A DNA stretch of 63,380 nucleotides, the filler included, from Sphacelaria rigidula (Eukaryota): assembly GCA_964200075.2 (NCBI GenBank). It is 8 parts of 8 records of this genome, joined end to end, with 100 filler letters (N's around TTAATTAATTAA, not from the genome) between each part and the next. Parts side by side here need not be neighbours in the genome. Positions count along the whole stretch, not along the records: positions 23,807 to 31,641 come from CAXNAA020013306.1; positions 31,742 to 39,576 come from CAXNAA020013307.1; 6 more parts are not named here. One strand, 5' to 3'. The position numbers were made by a program, and so were the translations under genes. The notes beneath the pieces are model-generated. The model did not search any database. It saw nothing but the letters and a program-made list of their open reading frames with translations, and had not been told where the DNA came from. Below are positions 25,831 to 38,029 of this stretch, one piece after another (positions within the stretch are counted from its first letter, which is position 1; the number at the start of each line of letters is the position of its first letter).

Positions 25831-26117
25831 TGAAAAGTTCAAACCGAGCGGAATGCAACCATCGGACTTTGGACTAACTTCGGACCCCGGGGGAATTACA
25901 AAGTCCAAGTCCTGAACCGAATTGATCTGCGCTAACACCGTAATTAATGGGACCCGAAAATCGAGAAACAGTCAGAACCCTGCCTACCGCCCCACAAATT
26001 TCTACACCCCAACATTTCCGGCGTTTTCTTCCGCCCCCCACATCATCTTCGGCAAAGCACACACCAACCAAACATATTCATCACGTTTTGTACTGTTGCT
26101 GCCCTTCAAACAACAGC

Positions 26118-26247
26118 GATAGATCAACGTCCGGAGATACTCGACAACTCAAGGCAAAAATACAGAACATGGAGAACACTCTTCGCAGAGGCAAACAGAA
26201 GGCGGGGGGAATGGCCATAGGAACAGGGGAGACTCTCTTCGACAAAG
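26118..26247 (+). CDS. Possible isolated exon, unknown product
   Basis: caacag|..DTRQLKAKIQNMENTLRRGKQK..FDK G|gtgtgc. Open frame with plausible splice sites but no recognised homology. Confidence 0.35.
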
Positions 26248-28722
26248 GTGTGCTTCGATGTTCGTTTATTTTCTGGTTGTATGTGCGGCTTGCTTTCGAC
26301 CATCAGATCCATGACAATCGCGTGGTAACAGCGACCGCCGCTGGCCACGCATTTCATGGGATGGCCTACCCTTGTCGAGTGCTGGGTCCAGCCACCTCCA
26401 CTCTCAACTGTAGAGTTGTATGTTGTCGACGTTGCCTGTTTTATTGTGACCGGGAACGACAGACCTGCGACGCGTGCGAACCCGCCGAAATATAAACATC
26501 TAGTGTGCACGCATTCACGGAGGAACAATGGATCTTGAATCTTTGAAACTGAGAAGGCAGGCACCGGGATTCGTTGAAGACCCACGCGGTTGCAGGGTCG
26601 CAATCAGCTTAGTCCAATGCCCGATGTAGCTGTTTTGTAGGAGGGCAGCGGCGGTTCCCCGACCTGACTGCTGCTGTCGCTTCGGGATATGTATTCGAGG
26701 CTTTGTTCCGATGGTTGCTTGGTATATCCCACGTCTTCAATAATGCATCCTTTGTATGAGAAGGGGTTGGGAGTCCGCGGAGCCTATGCTCTGTCCAGTT
26801 AATGCAACAACACTGGCTTCAGAAAAAGACAGCAGATGCCATGCGTGAGTGACACTTGTATGACGGACTTGATGGCTACCCGATAACATTCGAGCTCTTC
26901 CAGATACTTGGCCGAACGCATGTCGACTCTCGAGAGACGTAGTGCGCGGCACACGGTACACTGTCTGTCCGTAGATACTGGCTGTAGCAACAGTCCGTCG
27001 TGCAAACTCCTTGTAGAGAACTTACTAATATAGATTTGCGATGAACTCCCCGATCGCCGTTGTGCAAACGACATGCCAATGCAAGCAGGAGCCGCAGCGG
27101 TCACCGGCGCCGACGATGCAGCTTATTCCACGGCCGCGGTCCCTGCTCCTGCGCCTTATGCCCCGTGAGTACAGACCGTGTGTACTGACTGCAGAGCGCT
27201 TGGCCGCATGTTTAACTTTGCCTCGGGAACAAGCGCGATTGGGTGGGGAAAATGGATTTTCCAGTGATGCATATATATTAGGTTGAATCATTCAGGGTCA
27301 TGGTGTGGAGACATCAAAGTCGCAGTCTATTATACCGACCGACTGTGTGCCTATTATTGCTTACCGCCGCCGGGAATAAAATGAGGGGGGCGGAAGCTTT
27401 TCGTTTTTTGTATGCGTTGACGTCTTGCGTGCCGCGCGTGCCGCATATATCCTGTGTAGCCACCCACTCTACCCGGAGCCCGGCCTTTTTGATGCTTGCC
27501 GGGTGAACCCGCTTCTAGGAAACGCGCTGATGATAAAACGCTTTTTTTGAAGGCTACGTAGCAAGTCTTTCAAGTCTTCGGCTGCTTCTTTTTGGGTGCT
27601 GTACTGCTTCTTTTTGGGTGCTGCACTGTACTCTGAGTGGTCTGAAGGTCAGCCGAACGACCCCGGCACTTCTTCGGCATTTGTCCACCCCCCTTCTATT
27701 GCAAGAAAAGAGGGCTTGCTGTTGTGCAATACATCCGAAACGCTCTACGTTACTCGTAACAGTACTGGTTTTCATTGACGCATTGTCGCGAAGACTCCAG
27801 CAATGCGCTTGTTGACCAATTTTCTATTTTCATTTCGCGTGCACACACGGACAGGTCGACGTTGTGCCAAACCAGGAAGTTTCAAACAAGACCCTGAAAC
27901 TCTTCTTTGAATTCGTACGAAACACACATGAAATTCAGGGCGGAGCGCAAACATTCTTCGCATAGTCCTGCGGTATGCATGTTTGAAAAGCGAAAAATCC
28001 CCTCCTTGTCACATCCAAGCTCAAGCATATGCACTTCATTTTGCGCCGCGTGGGATAGAAATTGCGAGGTGTGTACCGTGAATCAATCAATTCATTCCGA
28101 AGCGCCAAGCTATTCTCCCTTGAGGATCACGCGAAGCCAAAGCATCAAATATCATAAATCGGAAATTTTCACATATGTTTTTCTCAATCACAAAGAGTGC
28201 TCATCAACGCTAAGTCTTCATCGACTGTTGTTACTATTATATTCTACAACTGCAGACAGACGGCGGGTTCGCTCGATGTGACAGGCATTAGGCATCCATC
28301 CCTTCCGTATCCATTGAAGAGTGGAACACGTCGGCATCAACGTGTTACGAATGTGTAGCACACGGCACCCCGCGACTTGACACATATACCTCGCCTCACA
28401 GCGCAAATACGAGATACGTATGAAAATTCACAATCCAGAAACTCCGTTTCTGTCTGTCTTTTGTCTCCCCCATTCTCTGCAATGAAGCAGGCCGGTACCT
28501 CGGGTACGGGTAAGTCGGGGTTGACAATCGTTCCCGCCCCGGCGGCCGATGAACGAACTCAAGTGTACAGTACACGTCGGCGTTCGTATGTCTTTACCCT
28601 CTCAATGTGACTGATGGCGACCGCTCTATTTTTGTGCGTCCGGAACAATTACTGCCTTCATATACTACTACAAAGATAACAACAGTCGGTACCCAAAGCA
28701 CCTACTGTTTGCACCACGTAAA

Positions 28723-29063
28723 GTCGCCCCGGTGGGTCAGTTGGTAACCTCGAAAACATTGGGGGGGATTATCGTAGAAAGTGTCCTGAAGGTTGGGTCG
28801 TTGGTTTGAATCTGGACAGTGGATAGCGACTACCATGTCGTGGGTACACAACATTCGATTTAATGATCGACGAGGGAAAGGGACTGCTGAACCCCTCTCG
28901 CGATAAAAAAACAAGGCAAGCACCGCAGAAGGAAGGTGGAGAGCGAAAAAAAATGAACAACTCATGTGTTGTCCTTCCCCATGTGTGACCCCGGCTGATG
29001 CGCCCACATATGCCGTAAGGTGTAAATCGGCGACCAGAATAGATGGGACGACAACACACACAC
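28723..29063 (+). mobile_element. tRNA-derived SINE (family B) with a MITE end fragment inserted in its head
   Basis: GTCGCCCCGGTGGGTCAGTTGGTAACC head, shared body and (CA)n tail. Insert GGGGGGGATTATCGTAGAAAGTGTCC at about 28760-28786. Confidence 0.85.
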
Positions 29064-29202
29064 AGTACGTGCGGTGTAATCACTCTTGATCCCCGTACGA
29101 AACGTCTTGAATTCGTTATCTCATTATCGATCCCCCCGCCCAACATGGTGGGTGGGTTTGTTCAAAAGCTCTCTTTATAGACTTTCTCCGCGAAAAATGA
29201 TT

Positions 29203-30263
29203 GATGTCGTGATAGCCCTGCCTCCCGAAGTGGCTGTTTTGGGGAGGCAAAAACTACATGTAAATCGAAATGAAAGAAGCGGGGCATACCGAGCAGCTGA
29301 GAACTCTCGCCCTTGGGATCGTTTTGGCCAACGTCGCCTATACATGAGGCCCTTCATGCAGTCTGGAACCAACGATCGTGCGCTGTATGGTCATTTTCTT
29401 CGTGACTCTTTCGGGGCTGGTGGGTCGGGGGGCGCTATATCGCGGCATCACTCAAATGCATGTAAAAGAGACGGGGGTGCATTAACCCGTTTACCCGCAA
29501 CGTGGGCGATCTGGGTCTCACACTCACCACATATACTCGTCAAAGGAAATGATGATGCCGATTCGCCTATGCGTGCGTGTACTATTACCACTGGCATATA
29601 TGCGGCCTATTGTTTTAGTACAATGCAGTACAATACTTGAGGGGACCTCACTCAATGTACGTACAACAATGGCGGGTACTATGGACATGCCGCCAACCCT
29701 AAAGCTAACCCTAACCCTAACCCCGACGAAGGCATACCGGGAACTCTCGGGCAAGGGGGGGTGCCAAGTATTTTTCAGCAAAGTGTGCGTTGCCAGAGCT
29801 CAAGTCGACGCCTCTGAGCCGATTTTGGTCTAAAACACGTTCTGGACGAGCTGGGTCTGCTGTTATCACGACATTTCTCTCGTATGGTCATCACGTGCCG
29901 CCGTGCATTGTTTCCAGTACATCAACAGCAGGAGAGATATCGCGGTTATGCGGAACAATGTGGTACATGAACATGACCGTGCTGTTGTGACGATAATTGA
30001 CAAAAAAATTGACGAAGGACACTTTCTACGATACTCCCCCCCCAGAAGTGCCTGGGTTGGGGAGGCAAAATCTTCACGAAATCGAGATGAACGAAGCCGA
30101 GCACAACGAGCAGCTGGGAATTTCCGCGCTTGAGTTCGTTCTAGCCAATGTCGTCCATATGAGGAGCTTCATGCAGCCTGAACCAAAACATCAGTTTTGC
30201 ATGTCCATTTTTGTGGTGACACCTTTGGGCTGGTTTCGGGGGGGGGCTATCGTAGGAAGGACC
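29203..30263. mobile_element. Two related MITEs of about 245 bp (29203-29449 and 30017-30263), plus a further right end at 7937-8000
   Basis: Shared interior (GGGGAGGCAAAA..CGAGCAGCTG..CTTCATGCAG) bounded by CGATA/TATCG-type inverted ends next to C and G runs. Confidence 0.7.
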
Positions 30264-30336
30264 GAAGCTGTACACTGAGGAAATTGAAACCCTCAAACAA
30301 AGTATACCGATTGATTGTTGAAATCGTATCAAACCG

Positions 30337-30368
<32 letters not shown>

Positions 30369-31528
30369 GGATTTAATAGGATGATCGTGATGTATTGAAT
30401 TCAGCACGATTTCCGCTTGAACAATCGAGCGCAACAAGGGCCGAATGACCCGCCCTGGCCGTCAACGGGCTCAACCTTTGGACCGCGCAAGGGTGATTAA
30501 GTTGCTTGTCTGGGTCTGTTTTTCGCTTGAAAAAGTTATGCCGATGTCCAGCAGACGAACAACCGCCATGCTGACGGTTGAAGGGTTGGCAGGAGTTCTA
30601 GGCTGCAGGTGAAGAGTGTTATGACGTGCACAAATAAATGCATTTTCGGACATGGTTTTTCATCCCGAGCTTGGCACCACCGGAGGCTGGTGTGTTTGTG
30701 CACTGTGTCACCAGGTGTGTCATCTCCGACAAATAGTTGGCTGTAGATTGCGCGCGGTGCTGAATGGGGGGGGGGGTCGCAATGTACACGAACATTTTGG
30801 GCCATCGTCATTGATCGCCATGTGTCGCATCACGTCACGCCGAAGGCGCCCGTGGTTTAATCGTGGATATCGTCAACGTGTAATGATCGTACCAACGTCA
30901 CGTGACGCGTTCAGACCGGGCTGCATACATACTCTCGGCAAAACCACCCCGGCCCTTTGATCGTCGGGGCGAGTCATGTAGTGGATCGGTGTTATTGCCA
31001 CGTGGAATGGAAGAAGAGCGACTGTGGTCGAGATCCACGTGACCCACGCTAGTGGCCGAAGGGATGAATCTGTTACAGCGTCCAACGCTTTGTGCTTCGA
31101 CGATACGGCCTGACAGTCCCCGGTCCCACCAAAAATTAGAGGATGGCGATTAGAATGTCGTGATTGACCCTAGTATTCTGCCCCCCCCCCCCTCCCGCGG
31201 GTGCGGAATCAGACAGAAATACAGCCCCTTTTTTGGTGAGAGTATGGCAAGTGCAGCAATCTTTTTGAGCCCATGGCTGAGCACACAGGTTGGAGTCTCG
31301 AAGGCATCGTCTATCTACTGCGAAGACTGTCACAGCGGCGTGTCTCTACGCTAAGGCTTGTAAAACCTCAACACCCTAGATGATGACTGATTGATTACAT
31401 GATTTATGAAGTGTACTGCGTACAGTATCGACTATTGTGTATTTTGCTGTAGGAAACTAGAGCAGTGTATTCCATACTGTGCGCAGTACATTTATTTTGA
31501 TGAGAGAATCCGTTGTCATTATCCAGCA

Positions 31529-31641
31529 GGATGTGAAAACCTTTGTGCTTACCAAGGGGCCCTACAGACTGGAAAACGGTGTTCACCCCCCCAATTTCCA
31601 GTCTGTAGGGCCCCTTGGTAAGCACAAAGGTTTTCACATCC
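31529..31641. repeat. Perfect 47-bp inverted repeat (short foldback MITE) at the contig end
   Basis: GGATGTGAAAACC...CTGGAAA and its exact reverse complement enclose a loop of about 19 nt. Confidence 0.9.
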
Positions 31642-33460
31642 NNNNNNNNNNNNNNNNNNNNNNNNNNNNNNNNNNNNNNNNNNNNTTAATTAATTAANNN
31701 NNNNNNNNNNNNNNNNNNNNNNNNNNNNNNNNNNNNNNNNNTAATAACAGAACTGTATCTCTTATATGCCCTTCACCCATATGTCATAATCCAATCACCA
31801 TATCTATTTCCAACTCATCCAGGCCTGTCCGCGTGTATCCAACATTGAGTGTGAGTATACTCGATTAATCGGTGTGCATCGAAGGTTTGAACATGTCATT
31901 GCCCGCGACAGCACGAGCAACAGGTAGACGAGGAGCCCCACGGCAATCCTGCTGTCTGTCTTTGGCGCCAAGCGGGACTCAAAAACCAAGGTCTCGGTCT
32001 ACGTGTTGGGTGCAGGGGGGACGATACGGAACAGGAGGTACTGCCGACCCCATTTTCGCAGGACTAGGCAACGCGTGGAGCACGAAGGATCTACCCGGTA
32101 TTTGCTCTGGGTAGCTGGGTAGTCGGCTGTTGCTGCTCGGTGGTTGGTGTTTGTTCTGTCCATGCTCAAGCAGACCGTGTTTTTGTTCTCCTACTCTATC
32201 GACACACCAAGTATAGTCACAGATAATCTCGTACGGAAATACGTATGGCCTGCAGCACTTACGAACTTGGACAGGTTCGTATTGCTAGAGCGCGCATCAC
32301 TTCTATGCACTTACCCTTTTGGTACGTGATACACCACACGCAAGGTACAGGCGTCGCAGGGGGAATACACTCGTGTCGGAGTTATTTCGGTTGTAAGATC
32401 TTGTCCGCGTATTCACCGCCGACACAGAGCGTATAGATCGACCGATTGACATACCGGTTTGCCCCCCGGCAAACACCGCCTCTCTACTACGTACGAGAGG
32501 CAACCTGAGGGAGAAAAAGGGTATGACGGCGTTGTTGTTCAGAAAGGCTATATACATTTGGACGTGCATGTGGACGACATAAAAGGCCTGCTTGAGTGGA
32601 AAGAGAAGGAGATGACCGATGCGCAAATCGTTCACAGGATCGAAGCATTTATCCGCGAAAAAATGGGAAACAACTACGCCAGCGTGGGGAAAACAGGATA
32701 TGGTTGCAGTCAATCCGATCCGCAAGTCCTTCGGTCAGAATATGATGGAGAGACTCTGCAGAGCTGGCAGGGTCGAGATTGCTGCACAGACAAAAACATA
32801 CCGGCTGGAAAAGCTATGGATTCGCGTACAGGGTTCAGGGTCGTGCTTCTGTGGCAAACAAGGGGAGCGTCACGAGTCAAACACCATGTAAAGCCCCTAA
32901 AACCCCGATCCAGGCTCTCACTAATCTTTCAATAGTAGAAAAAATATCAGCCCCATGTGCTTCCCTCGATCCAGGCCTTAATATATGCTGCAAGCCATAC
33001 ACAAAAAAAAGAATGAAGAATGTGTCCAGCCGCCACACCCCGTTCAAAAAGCCAGGCCAAATGAATTTGGTCAGCCCTTAAAGTACCAAAAAACAAATGC
33101 AGTCACCCGTGTATATACACCCCCATGAAAAAAACGAAACATGCCCTAATTAATGTGTCAAGCTGAATAACAACGTGTTTCGCGCCCGTATACATAACCC
33201 CGCTCAACCCCCCACAGGCAGGCCCTTAGCCCCATAAAAAATAATAGGCAGCCGCCCGTGCTGCCCCCGCTGCAGTATATGAGGCTGGTGTTCAGGCGCT
33301 GTTGCCACCAAGGTCTCGTGCCACTCTCGCCCTTGTTCTCCCCGGGGACGCCAAACACCCCTCTTCCTCCGCATGAACGGGTGAAGAAAGCCCGGCCTGG
33401 CAATACATCTGCGGCGGAAAATATTGGGGGCGGTGGGGTATTTACGATTTAAGTTTGTGC

Positions 33461-34150
33461 AATGATATATCGCAAAAACACACACCGTCCGGTGGTAGAC
33501 TTCGTTTCCGACGGCTTATCCGGGAGCGGGGAGGCAAGGCCAGCTGCCTATAGAAGCTACAAAATAAACCTGCATTTATCAAAACAAAAACACATCTTCA
33601 AGCCCCCTCAGGTAGAGCCTCTCCTCCACGTCCGCGGGAGCCTCTCCTCCACGCTACCTGCCGCCCGCCCCCTCCTCGGTCTGGGCTTGACCGACCCCAC
33701 CCTCGCGCCCTCCGACTTCGGCTGGGGGGCCACCGGTCAATTTCCACAGAGCCTCCTCCGGTCCCGGCCCCACCTGGAATGATATATCGTAAAAATAAAC
33801 ACTTTCAAAAGTCCGGTGGTAGACTGTGTTTCCACCGCTTATCCGGGAGCGGGGAGCGAGGCCAGACTTCTTCTGTACACACCAAGCACACCTTCAAAAA
33901 ACCTCCGGTAGACCATGCTTCTGGCTGCGGGCCTCCGCGAGAGCCTCTCCTCCGTGCAGCCCTCTGCCCCCCCCCTCCTGGTCCGCTGGCTCGGCATGGG
34001 TATGACCGGCTCCGCCCTCGTCCTCTCCGGCGGCGGCCTCCTCTGCTTGGGCTTGGACAACCCCACCGCGCCCTCTCCCGCTGCGCCCTCGCCCCCTCCG
34101 ACTTCGGCTGGGGCGCCACGGGTGGCTTCCTCCTCGATTTCCACAGAGCC
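33461..34150. repeat. Diverged tandem duplication, period 317 bp at its start
   Basis: AATGATATATCG..TCCGGTGGTAGACT..GCTTATCCGGGAGCGGGGAG at 33461 and 33778. CCCTCCGACTTCGGCTGGGG also occurs twice. Confidence 0.85.
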
Positions 34151-34520
34151 CCCCCCCGCCTTCGGTTGCAGCTTGAACAGGGAAGAAGAAAGATTCGGGG
34201 AGTGTGTCAACGAGCTGGGTATGAAAGGAAAAAACTACATCTCGCTCTCAAATGGTGTTTGCCATTCACGCACGCACCTGTGTCTGCTGCTGCTGCTGCA
34301 TTTTCTGCAGCGTCATCTGCAGAATACGCTCTTGCTCCGCCTGCTGCTCTTACTGCAGCGGTTTCTCCAGACGACGCTGCTGGTGTTGCTGTTGCACCTC
34401 TTTCTATAGATAGATCAGCTTCTGATCCGTTGCTCTAGATCGGGCTAGTGCTGTAGCTGGTACCGCTCTTCCCTCTCTACTGGCGCTGCTGCTGGCGTTG
34501 CTCTTCCTGCGCAACATCCA

Positions 34521-34558
<38 letters not shown>

Positions 34559-35420
34559 AGACAGAGCTGGTGCAACTCCGAAAAAACGATGCGGCGGGGG
34601 TGGCGGGGGCGGCGGGAGCTGCGACTGCGTCGGCGGCGGTGGTGTCCTCTTTCTCCTCTTGCTCCACGTGGGGTTCATCGCCCGCGTCAGCCTAAACAGA
34701 AGGGAGGGAGAAGATATGTGTTAAAAGCACTTTCAGTTGGAGAAACGTGTGTATATATGCGGTGGTGGAGTATGTATACTTTACTGTACTCACTTGTTGC
34801 TTCTCTTGAGACGGCTCTTGCTTCTTCTCTTGGGGCAGGTACGACCATTTCCCCCTCCCCTCCGCCAAAGCCCTCCGAGCATAAGCTTCGCGAAGAGCGT
34901 ACATCTCCGAGACGAACCCCAGCCACATACCCGTAGATATCCGGGCGGAATGAGCTTGTCCTTCTTCAGGGACGCCTCGATGACGTTGTCGGGCGCCCGA
35001 AAGATTTGGCCATCCTCAGTTCCGAACACCTTCCTACGGAACTTGTACAGCCACACGACCTTGTTAAACTTTTTCCTATTTTTCTTGCTGGTCGGCGTCA
35101 CGCCAGGAGGTTCTTGTGCACGTACATCGGGGCGGATCCGGCTGGCGCCATTTCATCTCTTTTGCGGATGGCTTGCGGAACAAGATGATTTTAGTTGTCT
35201 CCCCATCGCTATCAACCCACGAACCGGCGTCCGGACAAAAAGAGCACAGAGCTGCTTTTACACCACGGACCATACCCGAGGTCGCCCTGTCTAAGGTTGT
35301 TCTTCTGCTCGTCGCGGTAGACGTTCCAAGCTTCGGGGTCCACGGAAGCTGCAAATGGGTTGGACTGGGTGTCGCCCGTTGATCGATCAGAGGAGAGACC
35401 GTGAATAAGCAAAAAACAGG
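33840..35420 (-). pseudogene. Decayed multi-exon gene encoding a Gln/Glu-rich low-complexity protein
   Basis: Minus-strand coding-like segments with AG/GT borders (for example ..MQQQQTQ|gtgcgt), a CAG run, in-frame TAG/TAA stops and frameshifts. Confidence 0.45.
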
Positions 35421-36192
35421 CACATCAGCGATACATTTTGTGTCGTGAGGATACTGAAAGGCGCGATCTTCTATTCTGCTTCCAGGCGTGAAAATGGTTA
35501 CTGGGGGGAAATTGCGAAATTTGGTCTCTGGTTGTATCCGTGCTATTTTTATGCTGCTTCTAATGCTGCTGAGGTACTGAGGGGTAACGCCTCTTGGTCG
35601 CTGTAGCAGAAGTAGTTGTCATCTGGTCCGACAGCAGCAGCGGCAGCGGCAGCAACAACGGCAGTAGCGGCAGCAAACTACTGCGTACGATCCGTCTCAT
35701 TTTATTTCTTCGTGTGTTTAGACTAGAAGCTACGCGTTCGATGCGGTGCCACACATGATGCTTGCTGTAAAACGCGAGACGTGGCTGGATCCGCGCATGA
35801 ATCTTATAGAAAAGCCGGTGACACGCCACATGGAAAGCAGGCAACGCTGCTGTTGTCAGATGCGGACCGAAAACAAAACGATTGTTCTCACTTCTTCTTG
35901 CTGCTGCATACTTTCGGCACCTCTGTCGGCAGATATGGAGCTTTGGCCACCGCTTCCGGCTGTCTCGGTGTGCCGCTCTTGTTTGCGTCGCACAGCACTC
36001 GTTTTGTCCTTGCCATGACGTGAATTTCGGAAAAATGAGCGGGGCTCCGTAAAATTATTCTCTGTACCCCCAATAATCAATCTACGATATCCCGATCTTC
36101 ACCACTTCCCACACACACACTCTTTCCACCCTCTGCCCACCCACATCACGCAACAGCACAAGATCCTCCCACAACCACCCAGCTGAGCCGGA

Positions 36193-36868
36193 GTGTTCGC
36201 TGGGGACCACCTTGCGCACAGGTGGGGAGAGTAGCATTCGATCTTCTATATGTCTCTCTCTCTTCTCTCACACGCCTCGTGTTTCGACCTAAATCGCGCA
36301 CGCCTTTCTCCTATAGACTACATAGCTTTGGAATAGGGCTACGTGTGTACACTAGCCTGGAGATCCACAGCGTGGCCTCGTTTGGGTGTGATGTGATGGT
36401 TGAATAGAACACACGTTGCGGACAGAAAACAAAGCCTTAACGGCTCACATCTACTGCTGTACACCTCTTGTTCTGCTCCACGGCCACCTCTTTGGTGTGT
36501 TTACTCGAAGCGGTGCAGCAATGTTCGCTAGGGGCCACCTTGCGCACAGGCGGGGAGAAAAGCATTCGATCTTCTGTCTCTCTCTCTCTCTCTCTCGCTT
36601 CTCCCACACGCCTCGTGCTTCGACCTAAATCGCGCACGCCTTCTCCTATAGTTTGCATAGCTTCGGGGAGTAGGGCTGGCTATGTGTGTGAGTACATCCA
36701 GCCTGAAGATCCACAACCTGGGCCCGCTTGGGTGTGATCCGATGTTTGAGTAGAACACCCGTTGCGGACAGGAAACAAAGCCTTAACGGCTCACATCTAC
36801 TGCCGAACACCTCTTATTTTGCTCCTCCGCCCCCTCTCTGGTGTGTTCACTCGATGTGTGGTGCAGCG
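36193..36868. repeat. Tandem duplication, unit about 329 bp
   Basis: CCACCTTGCGCACAGG..CGACCTAAATCGCGCACGCC..AAACAAAGCCTTAACGGCTCACATCTACTGC occurs twice. Confidence 0.9.
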
Positions 36869-36984
36869 GTTTGTGGTTTCGAGTGTTCAACTAGAGTAAA
36901 AAAGATTGAAAACGGGGTATTTTGTGGGAGAAGATCTGACGGGTAAAATATTTTTCTTCATATCCTGGCACCAGCCCGCTTATA

Positions 36985-38029
36985 ACACTTATGTTTATAG
37001 GGGCCTTTTTTTAATCAGAATCTTGATTTTTTGGCAAACATCTTGCTGGCAATATTCTCGAATGGAAGATTTTGTTTCAGCCACTATAGATAGGGTAAAA
37101 TCCTGATTCGCTCGATTTGTTTTGAGGTGCGGCGGAAATTCGTGCCGGGGGCATTTCCAGACCCAACGGCCAAACAAATCGCCCGCGGAGAGAGCACACC
37201 ACGTCGCAGCCTGCTCTCGCCCGCTAGACCATATATTCATGTGAAACCTTCTTGGCTGTCACCTCCACGACCATATCTCATCCGGGTGGTCGTGGGTTGG
37301 CAGTGGTCGTCTTGAGTTGGCAGTAAATTGCATCGCCGTGGACACGAGTTTGCAAAACGTGAAAAACCCGGACTTCGTTTTTTACTCGAGTACCGACTGG
37401 TTGTTCACCCGCTCAAAAACAAAACACACAACACACTCGTGCCCACGGCGATGCGTTTTTCTGCCGCTTGAAGACACTTACCGCCAACCCACGCCCACCC
37501 GCGTGAAATACGTTTGTGGAGGTGAAAGCCCAGAAGGTTTCACATGAATACATGCTCTAGCGGGCGAGAGCTGGGCTTCGACGTCGTGTGCTCTCCTCGC
37601 AGAAGGCAAATTTTCTGCCGTTTGACGGCGCAAACGCTGCGTGCTCTAGACGCTCTGCCCAAATGTTTTTTTTCACACGTATGGCGGGCTCCGGCCACAC
37701 ACCAGCGGCAATTACGTTGACACGTAGACTCTAGGGTTGTCCGGGGCCATTTACGAAGCTCGTACGTCGAGTATTCAGGGAGCTGTGGGCGGGTTTGATG
37801 AGTGGAGTCTGGACGGGAAATAATCTCGCCGCCTCTGGGAAACATTTTTGCGAGCTGCCGGATGATGAAATGTTTGCCCAAACATTGTGTGGAAAGCCAA
37901 GAAAATCCCGGAAATAGAAATCTTTGGCAAGATTTTGTCAAGGATTTTCCCCCATAATATTGCGAAATAAAAATCTTGACCAAAAATCAAGATTTTGATT
38001 AAGAAAAAGACCTCTATAAACATAGGTGT
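36985..38029. mobile_element. Non-autonomous TIR element of about 1.04 kb with an internal inverted repeat (arms about 165 bp, 37186-37350 and 37435-37597)
   Basis: Outer TIR ACAC(T/C)TATGTTTATAG..AATCTTGATTTTT. Inner arms share CTCTCGCCCGCTAGA..ATTCATGTGAAACCTTCT. Confidence 0.8.

Noticed and set aside
36700-36795. Retrozyme (CTGAAGA..GAAAC) in the 329-bp tandem repeat
   Set aside because: There are extra bases before GAAA, and the other unit has CTGGAGA.
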